Part shown: positions 10,960 through 22,085 of the stretch, piece after piece
Position numbering within the stretch: the stretch's first letter is position 1
Layout of the letters: the number at the start of each line of letters is the position of its first letter
DNA from: Fistulifera solaris
Taxonomy: Eukaryota
Direction: 5' to 3'
Assembly (NCBI GenBank): GCA_030295235.1
Contig: AP026134.1
Span: forward strand, 558,001-622,000
Length of the DNA stretch: 64,000 nucleotides
Program-made: the position numbers and the translations under genes
Notes under the pieces: model-generated
The model's input: only the letters and a program-made list of their open reading frames with translations
What the model was told of the DNA's origin: nothing
Databases searched by the model: none

Positions 10960-11828
10960 GTTATAAAAAAGTGTTTTGTAAAATGTTGATTAAGGCAATG
11001 CTTTTGACTAAAAGAATACTCCGTAATAGATATTGCAATGCATCATCGTCGCGTCGTCGCCGCTTTTTTCGTGACTGGATTATTCATTAATGAATGAATC
11101 GTGATTCTGGCGGACACGCCTATTTTATCTAAAAGCAAAAACGTGTGATCTCGACGTCAGTAATCTTAGACCATTGCCAAGCCGATACGGGTGACACATG
11201 GATGTTGATAATCAAAGGTGGGATTTCAAACACAAAGCCAACAAACTACGCGACCCCTGCAAACGCCTTTGATTCGAGAAGTGACATCTTTAGAGTACCA
11301 GGTACAATCTAGTCAAGCATCGTCGCTGCTGAAGACTTTCGGTCGTTCGAATCGTCCTTCAAGCTGAAAAAAGCGCCCCTCTCTCATTCTGTCGCATGCG
11401 TTTTGAAAACACCATGGAAAATGAAAATGATAGAAGTGAAAGGAAATGCAAAGAAAGTAACGGCGAGTCGAACAGGAAATTGACTTTTAACTTTACCAAT
11501 CGCGTCGTAGTTGTTTGCGTATGGATAAGCCAAAGAAATGTTTCTTTGCTTTCTCAATTCATTGCGAACGAAAAGTATAGCATTTCCTACTACACCGTTT
11601 GTGTCGCGTACTATTTTTTCAATCAAACACAATTAATAGTGAAGGGGCCTGACACAGAAAATCGCAAATGTCTGCAATCAAAAAGACATAAATCCTCTCT
11701 TTTTATCAAAAGCCGTCATTGCACGCCTCTCTCATCGACTTCTTTCGAGTGACTAAGACTTGTGACGTCCAGCACGGCATCGACGATGATAGATGCATTT
11801 TGGATGGTGTTGCTGGATTTAGTTCGCA

Positions 11829-12404
11829 TTATGCTTTACGTGCTGGCAATTTAAAACGAGCCTTTTGAATATCATCCGGTTCATTGAGCTGCAACAGTCG
11901 TTTTTCCTGCTCAATGTCATCCACTTCGACTGCAACGTTATTCAACTCGTCCAAAATACCGTGAAGTAAAACACTCTCTTGCAACATGTATTGCAGCGAC
12001 GGCGCATCCCCGAATCGGCGAACCTTGACTCCGTTCTCTTGAAAATCAATCGACACCATAGCTGTCCCGTCTTTAAAATAGACTTGCAAATCACCATCGC
12101 CTCCTTGTTTGGTCAGCCACGACTTGGGTGCCGGTTCGTTCTGAATTCCAACCAAATATATTTGCATGAGAAAGCGCAGCGCACCCACTTTTACATTCTT
12201 GGCGGGAATATCGATAATGACGGGTGGACCGGACGTTTCCTGTTTCCCTAATACGCCTCCGAAAAGCTCCAGCGAGCTGTGCTGCGATCGACTGACACTG
12301 GAACGATGGAGCGAGAATGCTAGACAAGGAAAGGTAAATTGACCGAGCGCCAGCAGTAGGCATGTCATGTACATGAAGTAGGAAGAGAATTGATGATTCA
12401 TCAT
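11829..12404 (-). CDS. Uncharacterised plastid-targeted protein, paralogue B
   Basis: Signal peptide ending CLA-FS, then a Ser/Arg-rich transit-like region. The mature part aligns with 9097..9591 (GALR, QESV..G.L.EL, RLL.L.EP). Confidence 0.8.
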   Translation of the reverse strand: MMNHQFSSYFMYMTCLLLALGQFTFPCLAFSLHRSSVSRSQHSSLELFGGVLGKQETSGPPVIIDIPAKNVKVGALRFLMQIYLVGIQNEPAPKSWLTKQGGDGDLQVYFKDGTAMVSIDFQENGVKVRRFGDAPSLQYMLQESVLLHGILDELNNVAVEVDDIEQEKRLLQLNEPDDIQKARFKLPARKA

Positions 12405-12570
12405 GGTAGAAACGTTTTTCTATCAATTGTTTTCAATAAGGCAGGATCGCTTTTATGCGAATGAACAAGAAAGGCGGACACAGCATTTTTTGCTGCGATT
12501 TGATTTTGGGTTGACAAGTGAGTCACGTGGCACGAACGAGTCATGAGAACAACGGTCGGTGCGCACCGCA

Positions 12571-12618
12571 CCGGTACCCGGTACAGGTACCATGTACGGT
12601 ACCCGTACCTGGTACAGC
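12571..12618. promoter_or_regulatory. Cluster of GTAC/GTACC motifs in a divergent intergenic region
   Basis: ccggtacccggtacaggtaccatgtacggtacccgtacctggtacag: seven GTAC cores in 48 bp. Confidence 0.45.
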
Positions 12619-13037
12619 TGTTTGCTTCCGGTCACTGACCTATGTAACTTTCGTAGAAAATGTACCGGATCGTACAAAATCTACGTGCCATTTTCGCGTA
12701 GGAGCTAAGTCTACTTCACGAAAACCTATGATTTGACTGAAAAAGCATCTTTTTCAGAAAATAAATTGATCATACTGACACTAATCATATTTGACAGCAA
12801 TTTCTTGTCATCAATTCTTTTTAAACCTACCTTTTTTTGAACAAATGGTCGGTTTCATTTCAGTCCCGGGTCAGTCACGCATCGTCACACGACCGACAGG
12901 CACGCACCGTTTCGCGCAAAATCTCGCTCCCTTCTTGCAACTTGCAACATGCCCTCATTACCATTCTTGTTCATGTTGCTGCATCTTAAAGCGAATTTCT
13001 TGATAAAGTAAGTTGAAATTACATGAAATTAGTACTC

Positions 13038-13106
13038 TGCCATGAGCGCTGAAGCGATCCAGCGCTGTTTAGTCTGTTTCATCCTCTATTTCGCCCTCTG
13101 ACGGCA
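13038..13106 (+). ncRNA. Weak box C/D snoRNA candidate
   Basis: Terminal TGCC/GGCA stem and box D CTGA at 13098. TTTCGCCC just upstream of box D is complementary to the conserved LSU rRNA sequence GGGCGAAA. Box C (ATGAGCG) is poor. Confidence 0.3.
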
Positions 13107-13141
13107 ACTTGTCCATATCGTCACTTCCGTCTTCATCATCG

Positions 13142-13245
13142 ATTTCATGATTGGAATGGCTTTCTTCAACAATGATCGTGTCAATTTTGTTGAACCAAGC
13201 TCTCTTTGAGTGCTGGGTGATGATCTTTCAAGGTCTGAAGGAAAT
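13142..13245 (+). ncRNA. Box C/D snoRNA candidate
   Basis: Box C-like ATGATTG (13147), D'-like ATGA (13172), C' GTGATGA (13217), D CTGA (13235), terminal ATTTC/GAAAT complementarity. Target not identified. Confidence 0.5.
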
Positions 13246-13261
13246 GCTCTCCACAAATCCA

Positions 13262-13590
13262 TTTGTCTGGATAGCCCGCGAGTCATCACTGCACACAAAC
13301 GTGTGCCAATTTTCACCGACAGTTTTGAGAACCGAAATGTTGCGAGTCAGGCACGATATATATACCAATCGACGCTAAATAAAAAAAGGAACAATATGTG
13401 TGTTGATCGTGCCTGACTAAAGCAGTCTGCAAGTGTTATTAGCAATGTAATGATAGGATCGGCATTCTCGAAAACAACACGAGATTTGTCGCGATAGGAG
13501 TAGGGCGGTGGAGTAGTCGGACCGTGACTCAACTCCGTTGTGGTAGGCTTCTGCGGAGCCTACATGAAGTCTGGGCCATTGTGCAAACAG
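13262..13590 (+). ncRNA. Unidentified ~330-nt structured RNA
   Basis: Nested helices: 13280-85/13525-30, 13287-92/13505-10, 13317-22/13486-91, 13323-31/13465-73, 13332-35/13459-62, 13337-43/13442-48, and a perfect 13-bp 13345-57/13406-18. A 3' hairpin lies at 13543-63. G-U wobbles work only on the + strand. Confidence 0.65.
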
Positions 13591-13844
13591 CTGTACCGGT
13601 ACTCGATTGCTAATTCTCAATTATTTATCGTTCCCGCTTACTTTCCTGATCCGAGCAGTCCGTACCTGGTACGTGACACGTGTGATGCTGTACCGCTTAC
13701 CGCTTTACTTTCTGCAAAACCCAATAACAATTTTTGTTTGCTCCGCCGCGATGGAAACAGACTCGGACGTTCATCACCAAGTTGATTGAATTAACAAGTT
13801 TCTTTCACTACCAATCAAGCATTGTCATCTAAAACTATCTCATT

Positions 13845-14357
13845 ATGTCAGGTAAGGAGATCTTGTCGCTAAAAGCCGACGCTTGAAGAGCGCTAGAAAA
13901 GCCATGTCTCACGCTGCCGATTGTTTTTCGATGAATAAAATTAGGCAAGGCAAAAGCAGTTTCAAAGGCGTTGAGCAAGGGAATTTCCAAGAAGGGAACT
14001 CGCATTCACACCAAAGTTCACTTCTACAAACCCAAAACTCTTCAACACACGCGAAAGCCCAAGTATGCCCGAACCAGCGTCCCAAAGAAGAGTACAACGG
14101 ATAAGTTCGGTATTATCAAATATCCTTTGACAACAGAATCTTCGATGAAATTGATCGAAGACAGCAACACACTTGTTTTCATCGTTGATATCAAAGCCAA
14201 CAAACGTCAGATCAAGGCGGCCATCCAAGACCTGCACAAAATTGAATGCGAGAAAGTAAACACCCTTATTACTCCCCGTGGTTTGAAGAAGTGCTACGTC
14301 AAATTGACAAAGGATTACGATGCATTGGATGTTGCCAACAGAATTGGAGTAATTTAA
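13845..14357 (+). CDS. RPL23A: 60S ribosomal protein L23a (uL23)
   Basis: Exon 13845-13851, intron 13852-13944, exon 13945-14357 give [15 protein letters not shown]...[26 protein letters not shown]...KVNTLITP...[14 protein letters not shown]. Confidence 0.97.
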
Positions 14358-14471
14358 ACATCGAAATAGACTTTGATTGAAATTTGCTGCAATTCGAATC
14401 AAGTGCGTTCAAATACTGGCAGTATGTGCGGATATCAAAGTTACTCTGTTGTTATGAATACGGCAGAAAAA

Positions 14472-16369
14472 CTACAATCCTTTATCAGTTTCTTTGCGCG
14501 TAATCTGATATCCTCGCATCTTGATTACTTCGTCGTCACTCGTCTCGTCTTTTTCGAAGATCCATCCCTCATTTTTCACTTCTTTGTTGATCGTGATCGG
14601 CTCGCTACTTTTTCCGTCAATGACCATGGCGCCGTCCAGTTCAAGGCTATCAATAATGACTCCTTCTCCACGAACAATGAGAGTAGAGCGCTTGCTAATC
14701 TTTACCTTATCGGGTTGACGAAAACGCTTTTTCAAATCGCCTGGGCAAGTCAGGAAGCTTGGGTCCAAGACAATAGCTGGTAAAAGATCAACCTCGATAC
14801 CCAAATGCGTCTCCGTATCGCCTTGCTCCACTCGACATCCAATCGATCGAAGCATCCTACGAAATGCCCCATACTGGTCGCGTTCGCCGGTGGCTGCCGT
14901 ACCAGGAGCAATCCCTTGCGCTTGCAAAGCTACACCGTCAGGAGTGGCATTTTTCACCGGTGAAAAGCACAAATCGGCTGGGACGCTCGTATAACCGACC
15001 TTCTTGGTATCTTCTCCTTCCAGAACCGTGGGAAAATCTTGCATCATACATTCAAGACGGGTGGGCTTCTTGAATACAGTTTTGGTTTCATCCTTGTATT
15101 TCGGGTTGACGAATTCCGGCATGATTCCATTTGTTCGTTCCAGTGCTTTGTGGTACCCATCAAGCTGAAAAAGGAGCTGATTAATATTACCTGGAAATGG
15201 TGAATACCCCGTTTCTTCGTCATTCACATCACCGTTCGGGCTCCCAGTCGCGCGAAGAAGAGGGTCGAGTTGGTTGTATTCGACGTTGATTGTTCTACAA
15301 ACGCGGCGGTCAGGTTGTTGTTCCACATGTTGCAGTCAAACTTAATACTTGTTCGGACTTACCTCGTCTCGCCCGTTGCTTTGTTTTCCAGCTTTGCAAT
15401 TCCTCCGATGGCTTGCTTGGCCTTTCTCGGGACCGCCAAAGAGTTCATAATCAAGTCCATTTTCTTGGACACACCGAGCATCAGTGGAAGCGTGTGAAAA
15501 GCTAAACCATTCGTATCCTGAAACAAAATCAGCCATTTAATCCCTTGCTCGATCCATTTTTTCGCAACACGGTGTCGATAGAGAAGCTCGTGAATGTCAC
15601 CGTGACCGTGAGGTTTCGTTAGCACCTTGAACGGCTCATCGGGGTCGATGGCGATTGTTGCATCGTTATCTGTAAGAGCAGGAACTCCCTGACCTTGTTG
15701 CACAATAGTAATTTGTTCCTTTTTCATGCCAAAGAAATTGTTGTCCTCCAAAAGTTTGATGGTTCGATCGTTCGTATCGTTTGAAGTCATAATACACATG
15801 GGAAGATGCTTTCCGTTCGAATACTTTTGCTGCAACGCCAGGATATAGTTTATGTAATACTCTAGGTAGCAAGTCATAGTTGCTGTTTCCGTGGGTAGCG
15901 CGATCTGAAAAACGCAGGGTTAGATAGATCAAAAAGAATACCAACTGGATGGGATCCTGGCGCCTACCTTGATGCCACTGTATCCGAGTCGTTCGCCAAG
16001 CCCACCAGCAACGAGCACAAAACCGATGCTACCAAGTTCCTGCATGCCGATTGCTTCTGTTTCTTGGTACTCGGTAGTACCAAGCTCAAAGGCTTCACCT
16101 TTTGGAACACTGGGAATCCACCCATCGAGTGGGTTGACTCCATTTCGACTATCCTCCAAGAGTTCACGTGCTCGCTTTGTGTAGCCTAAAATTCCGGTCG
16201 GATAGGACTCGTCCAATGCTTCCAGCTGACTCGCCAAAGTCTGTCGTGATTCGAGACTAGCTTGAGGAAAATCTTTGAAGAGATGACTTTGCCCTCCCGA
16301 GTGCAAATTTCGAAGAAGTTCCTGTTGCTTGGGAGATAAATCTCTAATTGACTCTGCAAAGTCCGTCAT
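14472..16369 (-). CDS. USP: UDP-sugar pyrophosphorylase
   Basis: Three exons (16369-15968, 15904-15363, 15294-14472) with GT-AG introns. Motifs VLVAGGLGERLGYSGIK, TKPHGHGD, FQDTN, TINVEYNQLDPLLR, FPGNINQL, PTRLECMMQD, FSPVKN. Confidence 0.94.
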
Positions 16370-16804
16370 GTTGCTCGTTTATCGATGAACGTACAAGGGG
16401 TGCAAATATTTCGACAAACGTTTTGCTTTCGCTTCCTTGCCTCTTTCAATAAACTCCGTAACTCTTTCTTTTCGAATCTATTTTAGTCTTCAGTTGATCA
16501 AGCTTGGATCAAGGAAACGCTTCGAGGCGGAGGAGTACGGTACGGTACCAGGTACAATAGTCGTCGATTGCGCATAGATGTTCGATCGAGGAGGGTCGTC
16601 GTCTCGTTGCGACGTTGGATGATTGTGACGTCAAACCCAGCACTCAAGTCATTCAACAGTGCCAGTCGAGTCAATAGTCAATACTGGAATTCTTTCTTCT
16701 CATTTTTGTTCTGACATCCCTGATACCAGGTAACCATTGTCTGATTTTTATTTAGCTGAGAACTCAAATAAATCTGCATCAAGGCTTCCTGGGTTGCATA
16801 CAAT

Positions 16805-17911
16805 ATGTCCTCCCCCTCAAGTGCTGGTCGCAGTTTTAGTCGGCGTGCTTTTTGCTGGTTACCAACGTAAGTGATGACAACGATCTGCCGGCTGGCAGCA
16901 GAATTCCTCGCATTGTCTCCTTGTTTCTCGTTCTAAGTTCCTCATCATTGCCTCTGGCCGAACAATTCTCAACCAGTTCAAGTAGCGGACAATGCAGTAG
17001 CATCGACAAGGCTACGAAGTGGAGATATGTTCCCTACGGTGTTTCAGCAATGTGAACCTGATTTGGTTCAGTATTGCGGAGCAGCGGATATGGGAGCCAA
17101 GGTTTCGCTGACGTTGCATGGGAAAGTAACCGGCAGTGAGATTTTGGCAGGTACAACACTAACCGCGATTTCGGAGGAAGACAGGCTTGTGAAACACCTC
17201 TCATCGGAAGAACCAGAAGATGCTGGGAAAGGTCGACTCCGCGCATCCGCTTACGTCGACGATGTCAAGACAGAAGAATCAATTTTAGGCACTACCCTAG
17301 CCCCATTTCCGTGTTTGGAAATGTTTTGGAAGAAAAATCTCGTCAGTCTGAACTGCTCCCGTGCCTTGAACCAGTTGAGGAACGTTCAAGAACTGAGGCA
17401 TCAACAAGAAAGGAATCAGAGAAGAGCAGAGTATATATTAATTGGTGCTTTGATGCTGTTTCTCTGTTCCTTGGGGATCGGTCAACAAATTCAGCTCTTA
17501 TTGAAAGAGCTCAGCAAATACCGCTTTGTCGTGTGGGGTTTCTTCAACCGTTGGTGCTTGTTACTCACGTTTTTTATGGCCATTATTGGGTGTTGCGAAA
17601 TTGACAGCTCGATTTCTCTGAATGTAGTTTGGATCGCAATCTTTTTGTATGTGCGCGGCAGCAAGAAAGGTCCCGGTATCGGCTGCTGCAAGGAACATAC
17701 GGGTACGGTGGAAAGTATGTTCAACACATCGATTACAGGCAACGGGCAAATTGAGTCCGGACAAGGCAGTTGCAAGCCTTCTTCATACTCGTACTCTGGC
17801 GTTTCGTCAGAGCAATCCGAAAGTTCTTGTGAATGCTCCATTGGATCGGGCCTCAGTAGTGCAGATTGCGAATTTTGTGGCGGTGAAGAATTATCCAGGA
17901 CCCTTTTCTAA
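16805..17911 (+). CDS. Hypothetical membrane protein; exon structure uncertain
   Basis: 294-codon ORF 17027..17911 with several hydrophobic segments. An upstream ATG at 16805 begins a signal-like stretch that needs homopolymer corrections, followed by a GTAAGT donor at ~16867. Confidence 0.45.
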
Positions 17912-18491
17912 CACAGCATTTGAGGCTTAAAAGTACACCACTTTCTGCTCGGGGACGGGAGTCTCATCGAAAAATCGATTTCTTTGTGATATTTATTGTC
18001 GAGTCGAACTTGGGGCACCCAGTCAGTTCAGGAGGGCGAGAATGGACAAGAGACTCAGTAGCATGAGAAGTTAGACCAAGATTTATTATAACATCTATTT
18101 ATTTCATCTCAGCCTTGGCTAATTGATACCAACTAGATATTTGGGTCAGCCCTACAACACAGTTGGAAACAGAAGCTGTCTGCACATCACGTATCTCGAA
18201 AACGCTTTCGCATACGATTTAAAATACATGTGAAAGTAAAAATCCTGGAATTCGAGTTATGGCTTTCAATAAGAACGTCCAGGATGCACTGCCCTCGTAA
18301 AGGTTGTTAGGGAAAAAGAATAGGAGGTATACACTAATAGTGCACATTTAAGGCTTGCATTTATATACGGAGTAGTCATTTCTCTATCACATAAAGCATC
18401 GGAAAGAAACCGGTCTGGATTTTCCAAGCTAGCAGCATAATGTGGTAATCCGTCTTCAGAAGACGAAGAAACGGCAGCTGAACGTATCTGC

Positions 18492-19247
18492 CTATAGAAT
18501 AATGCACCCGCAATTGTTTGGCTCGACAGCCTCTTCACTCACGGCCGGTCGATCGAATGAAGGTGCCGATTTAATAGTAGGTTTGGAAGCTGACACGGCC
18601 TTTGTGGGAGACGACGGAACCGGTGTGGCTGCTGGGGTAACAACAGGCGCAGAGTCTTCCGCTTTTACTTCTAATTCTTTCGCGGCAACTGGAGCGTCAG
18701 CTTCTACTGTAAGAGCGACAGCAGCAGGTTTGGTCTCTGGTACCTCAACGGGCTCTGGTTCGGGCTCGTTTTTAACAACTGGCTCTGGTTCAGGCTCGGG
18801 TTCAGGCACAACGGGCTCTGGTTCAGGTTCCGGCAAAGCAGCGGGCTCTGGTTCGGGTTCCGGAACAGCAGGAGGCTCTGGCTCCGGTTCTGAAACAGCA
18901 ACGGGTTCTGGCTCCGGCTCCGAGATAGCGACAGGTTCAGGTGCGGGCACGGACTCGGGTACGGCAACGGTTTCTGGTTCGGCCACAACCGCACGCTCCG
19001 TCAGCACGGGCTCTTCTATCGAAACTTCGGCCGCCACCTTGCTATTCAATACTTCCGTATTGACTTCCTCATCTTGGGAAGGAATCTCTGGCGTTGTTTC
19101 GACAACGTCAGACGGTATATCTTCCAGAGTGTCGACCGACTTGATCTCGGTCAAAGTAGGGCCACTCTCGACCGATTGCGCATCGTTCCCCGGCTTCTTG
19201 GCGCCCTTACCTTTGCCTCCTTTTCCTTTCTTGTTCTTCTTGCCCAT
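18492..19247 (-). CDS. Glu-Pro repeat protein with polybasic N-terminus and C-terminal CaaX box
   Basis: [18 protein letters not shown] start, (PE)n repeats, and an ending of NNCGCIIL. Confidence 0.8.
   Translation of the reverse strand: MGKKNKKGKGGKGKGAKKPGNDAQSVESGPTLTEIKSVDTLEDIPSDVVETTPEIPSQDEEVNTEVLNSKVAAEVSIEEPVLTERAVVAEPETVAVPESVPAPEPVAISEPEPEPVAVSEPEPEPPAVPEPEPEPAALPEPEPEPVVPEPEPEPEPVVKNEPEPEPVEVPETKPAAVALTVEADAPVAAKELEVKAEDSAPVVTPAATPVPSSPTKAVSASKPTIKSAPSFDRPAVSEEAVEPNNCGCIIL
18750..18985 (-). repeat. Coding minisatellite encoding PEPEPEP units
   Basis: Repeated ggctctggttc(a/g)gg blocks on the + strand. Confidence 0.8.
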
Positions 19248-19722
19248 CTTAAAGGATATCCTTGGCTCTCAAATTGAATACGTTGCTTCGCCGATTGACG
19301 ACTCACCTCGTAAAGTGGTTGCGTTGTCGTTTGTCGATTGACACTTGGCGAAATGTCATCTGCAACCATGACCGTGTCCAGAGTACATTATACGATAGAG
19401 AGAACGCGCGATGAAGCTCTCATTTAAATCATAGTAACGTCTTTCAACGTCCTGTACACAAGAATGATAGTTGACAACGAATACAATCGTAAACGAGCCA
19501 GCCTGTCCGAGCCATTCGTGACCCATAAGCTGAGACGTGAGCCGCATTCCCCAAACTCGCGTGCGACGTGCGACACAAAGGAAAGAAACACCCAACACTC
19601 GATCTTTTCGAAAACGAAAGAACAACAATACCTGGTAACAATCGATAAACTAACAAACCAAACAGCGCACGGCTTCATGTATGGAATGATTGATGCGATA
19701 ACCAACGACGTGAGGTGAACGG

Positions 19723-22007
19723 ATGAAGCCTATTGCCTTTGTTAAACATGTTCCGCTGTGGTGGTTTCTGTTCAGCGATCTTCGTTTCACGGATGGATTT
19801 CAAATAGTGAGATCTTTGTCCGTGGCGCCACGAGAGGTGCCGCAAAGGACACCAAGGAAGCTCTTACGGAACGCCAAATGCCTTGGGGAAGATGATTCAA
19901 TGACGTCGAACAAAACACAATCGAACAATTCCGTCCTTTTGGCCGAAAAAATGGAGGAAGATTTCAACGACATGTCAGGCTGGGTCACTGGATTGCGTCA
20001 ATGGCCTTTGATTCCCATGGATATGAAGGCAAATGAAACAGAATATTACGATTCGTCGAACGAGCAGTCTTCCGGTGGATTTCCTTTGACTCGAATTCTT
20101 AATATGGAAGCACTGTTGGCGTTTGCGACTCGCAAAGGAGAAGAAAGGGAAATTCCCTCCAAGTTGACCGCGGAAAGAGACGAGTTGAATGATGATATAG
20201 TCTCTTCTATTGTGACTTCTGTGGTCAATACTACATCGAACATCTCGAGCGACTTACTGGATTTCTCCTTTTTAGAAGAATTGAGCGCTTGGGACAAGTG
20301 GGTCGATGGGCTTCGAGAAAACATTGGAGGTATTCGTAACCAAGGAACTGTACTCAGTCGCTCCACTGGTTTTCTAAGGCAGACAACGTCCAGAATCGAG
20401 TCTCTTTTGGTAGACGCTTCATCGGTTGTATCACCCAAAACCTTACAGGCCACGTTACGGTGGGCGAGCGAAACCATTCTCAACCAGACACTGGCGGATC
20501 GATTGCTGGAAACGGCCCGTGATATTGCTCTCGATCGTGGTTTGAACATGTCGGAGGCGACCGAATCGGCGCGGGGAACAACGGATTTTACTATTGACCT
20601 TGTGACTGTGGCCGATGGAGTTCTGAGGAAAGGATACGTGGAAGGCGATCCTATTCCTCGTAGAAGAAATGACATTCTCTACGGTATTCCAAGCATCCCG
20701 ACATCCCGTGCACTCTTTTCTGACTTTGCATCGGCGATAGAAATTAATATAATGTCACCAGTGATTGCGAAAGATGCCGAAATGGGAGCTTTGGCAGGAG
20801 CTATCTATCAAGAAACGGTACCTAGAACGCAAGCCTTGGGTCAAAATATTGTCGCGCAAGGAGTTTCCGAAGACGTCAAATGGATGATCACTGACAGTAT
20901 TGCAAATGAAACATCCTTTACACTTGCTAAAGGATTAAATGGCAACCCATTTCTCGTCAGAACAATAACGATTCGGGGTTATGATGCATCCGACGAAGCT
21001 GTTGATCGTGAACGTCTTCTGAATCGCGTTTGTGCGGCGTCGCCGGAGTTGGTGGATGTTGGCAGTGGTGTTTACTTGCACTCTGGTTTACGAAATATTG
21101 CCAAGGCAATTTACAACGACACGAAGCAGTACATTGACTGGACCGCTCCCGACTGCAAAATCGTGCTCAACGGACATTCCATTGGCGGGTCTCTTTCTAT
21201 TTTGGTTCTGTTTGAAATGATTTTGGAAAGAGGGTCTGACTTTGTGCTGAATAAGATCAAAAGGTTTACACGTACGGGTCACCGCCGATTGCAACATTGG
21301 TGACACCTCCCAAAGCACCTCGCCCAGGGGTCTGCTACGTTTTAAATTCCTTTGGTGTACCGTCGTCACTCGTTTCGTCATACATCCAGCCCTGGGATCC
21401 GATTGTTCGGCTTTTCTCAGGCATCGATGCATTGTATCCTCTTGTTGGAGATCTTGGTACCGATGGAGTAACACCATGGGCAAACGGCCCACCTCGTACC
21501 TTGCGACCCGTTGTAAAAGCCTTGTTGGAAGCATGGGATGGATGGCCGAGTTTTCGCGCGAATATTCAAGTGAATCTGAAACAGAATTATACAATTGTTG
21601 GTACTCCGTTCCTTCTTTTACCAGACCCAACTCGCTATCTTGCGGATCGATACTTTTCGGTGAACATTCCAGTGCCGGCGGTGGAAACGATACTTCGGTT
21701 GTCACCTCATGAAGTTTTACCTGCACTCGGAACCCTTTTTGTATTGGACGTTTTTGAACTGAGTCTATTACCACAAGCCATCCGTGGATTTGTACATCAT
21801 TTTTATCCCGCCTACGACAATCCGCTGATTGATTATGCCAGGCGGATGTCTCAAAAGCCGAAAGATCAACAAGTCTCGAGTGTTTCTGTTCTTGAGAAGC
21901 AGAAAACTGCCGAACTAGCCGAGCCAATAGCAAAGGTCAAAGTTCCTCCCCGACAGGACAAAACGAGTGGATGGCGCGTGGCTACACAGTGGTTCCAAGG
22001 TGAATGA
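19723..22007 (+). CDS. Class-3 lipase-domain protein, predicted plastid-targeted
   Basis: TITIRG, YLHSG and the nucleophile elbow NGHSIGG. Adding one base at ~21262 restores VYTYGSPPI and joins ORF 21297..22007 (DPIVRL). N-terminal signal ends TDG-FQ. Confidence 0.85.
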
Positions 22008-22085
22008 AGGAGCTTACGATAAACGTTTTACAATACCTCCCCCTCCTGTAACACATTTAATTGTCACACTTAGATCACTACTTCT

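Larger units (their letters stand above)
13008..13658 (+). other. Putative oversized intron hosting ncRNAs
   Basis: Consensus donor AA|GTAAGT at 13008, branch-like GCTAAT at ~13609, a pyrimidine tract and CAG ending at 13658. No credible ORF inside. Other introns here are ~60-100 nt. Confidence 0.5.

Noticed and set aside
13262..13590. RNase P/MRP, SRP, U17/snR30 or telomerase RNA identity for the structured RNA
   Set aside because: The topology is loosely RNase P/MRP-like, but the P4 consensus, SRP helix-8 motif, m1/m2 motifs and a CCCTAA template were not found.
18155..18182. SRP helix-8-like CAGTTGGAAACAGAAGCTG
   Set aside because: Does not fit the CAGG...GNRA...AGCAG consensus, and no surrounding SRP fold was seen.
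18442..19341. 299-aa Gly/Ser/Thr-rich plus-strand ORF
   Set aside because: Antisense shadow of the Glu-Pro repeat gene. It has no ATG start, and the minus-strand protein has coherent terminal signals.
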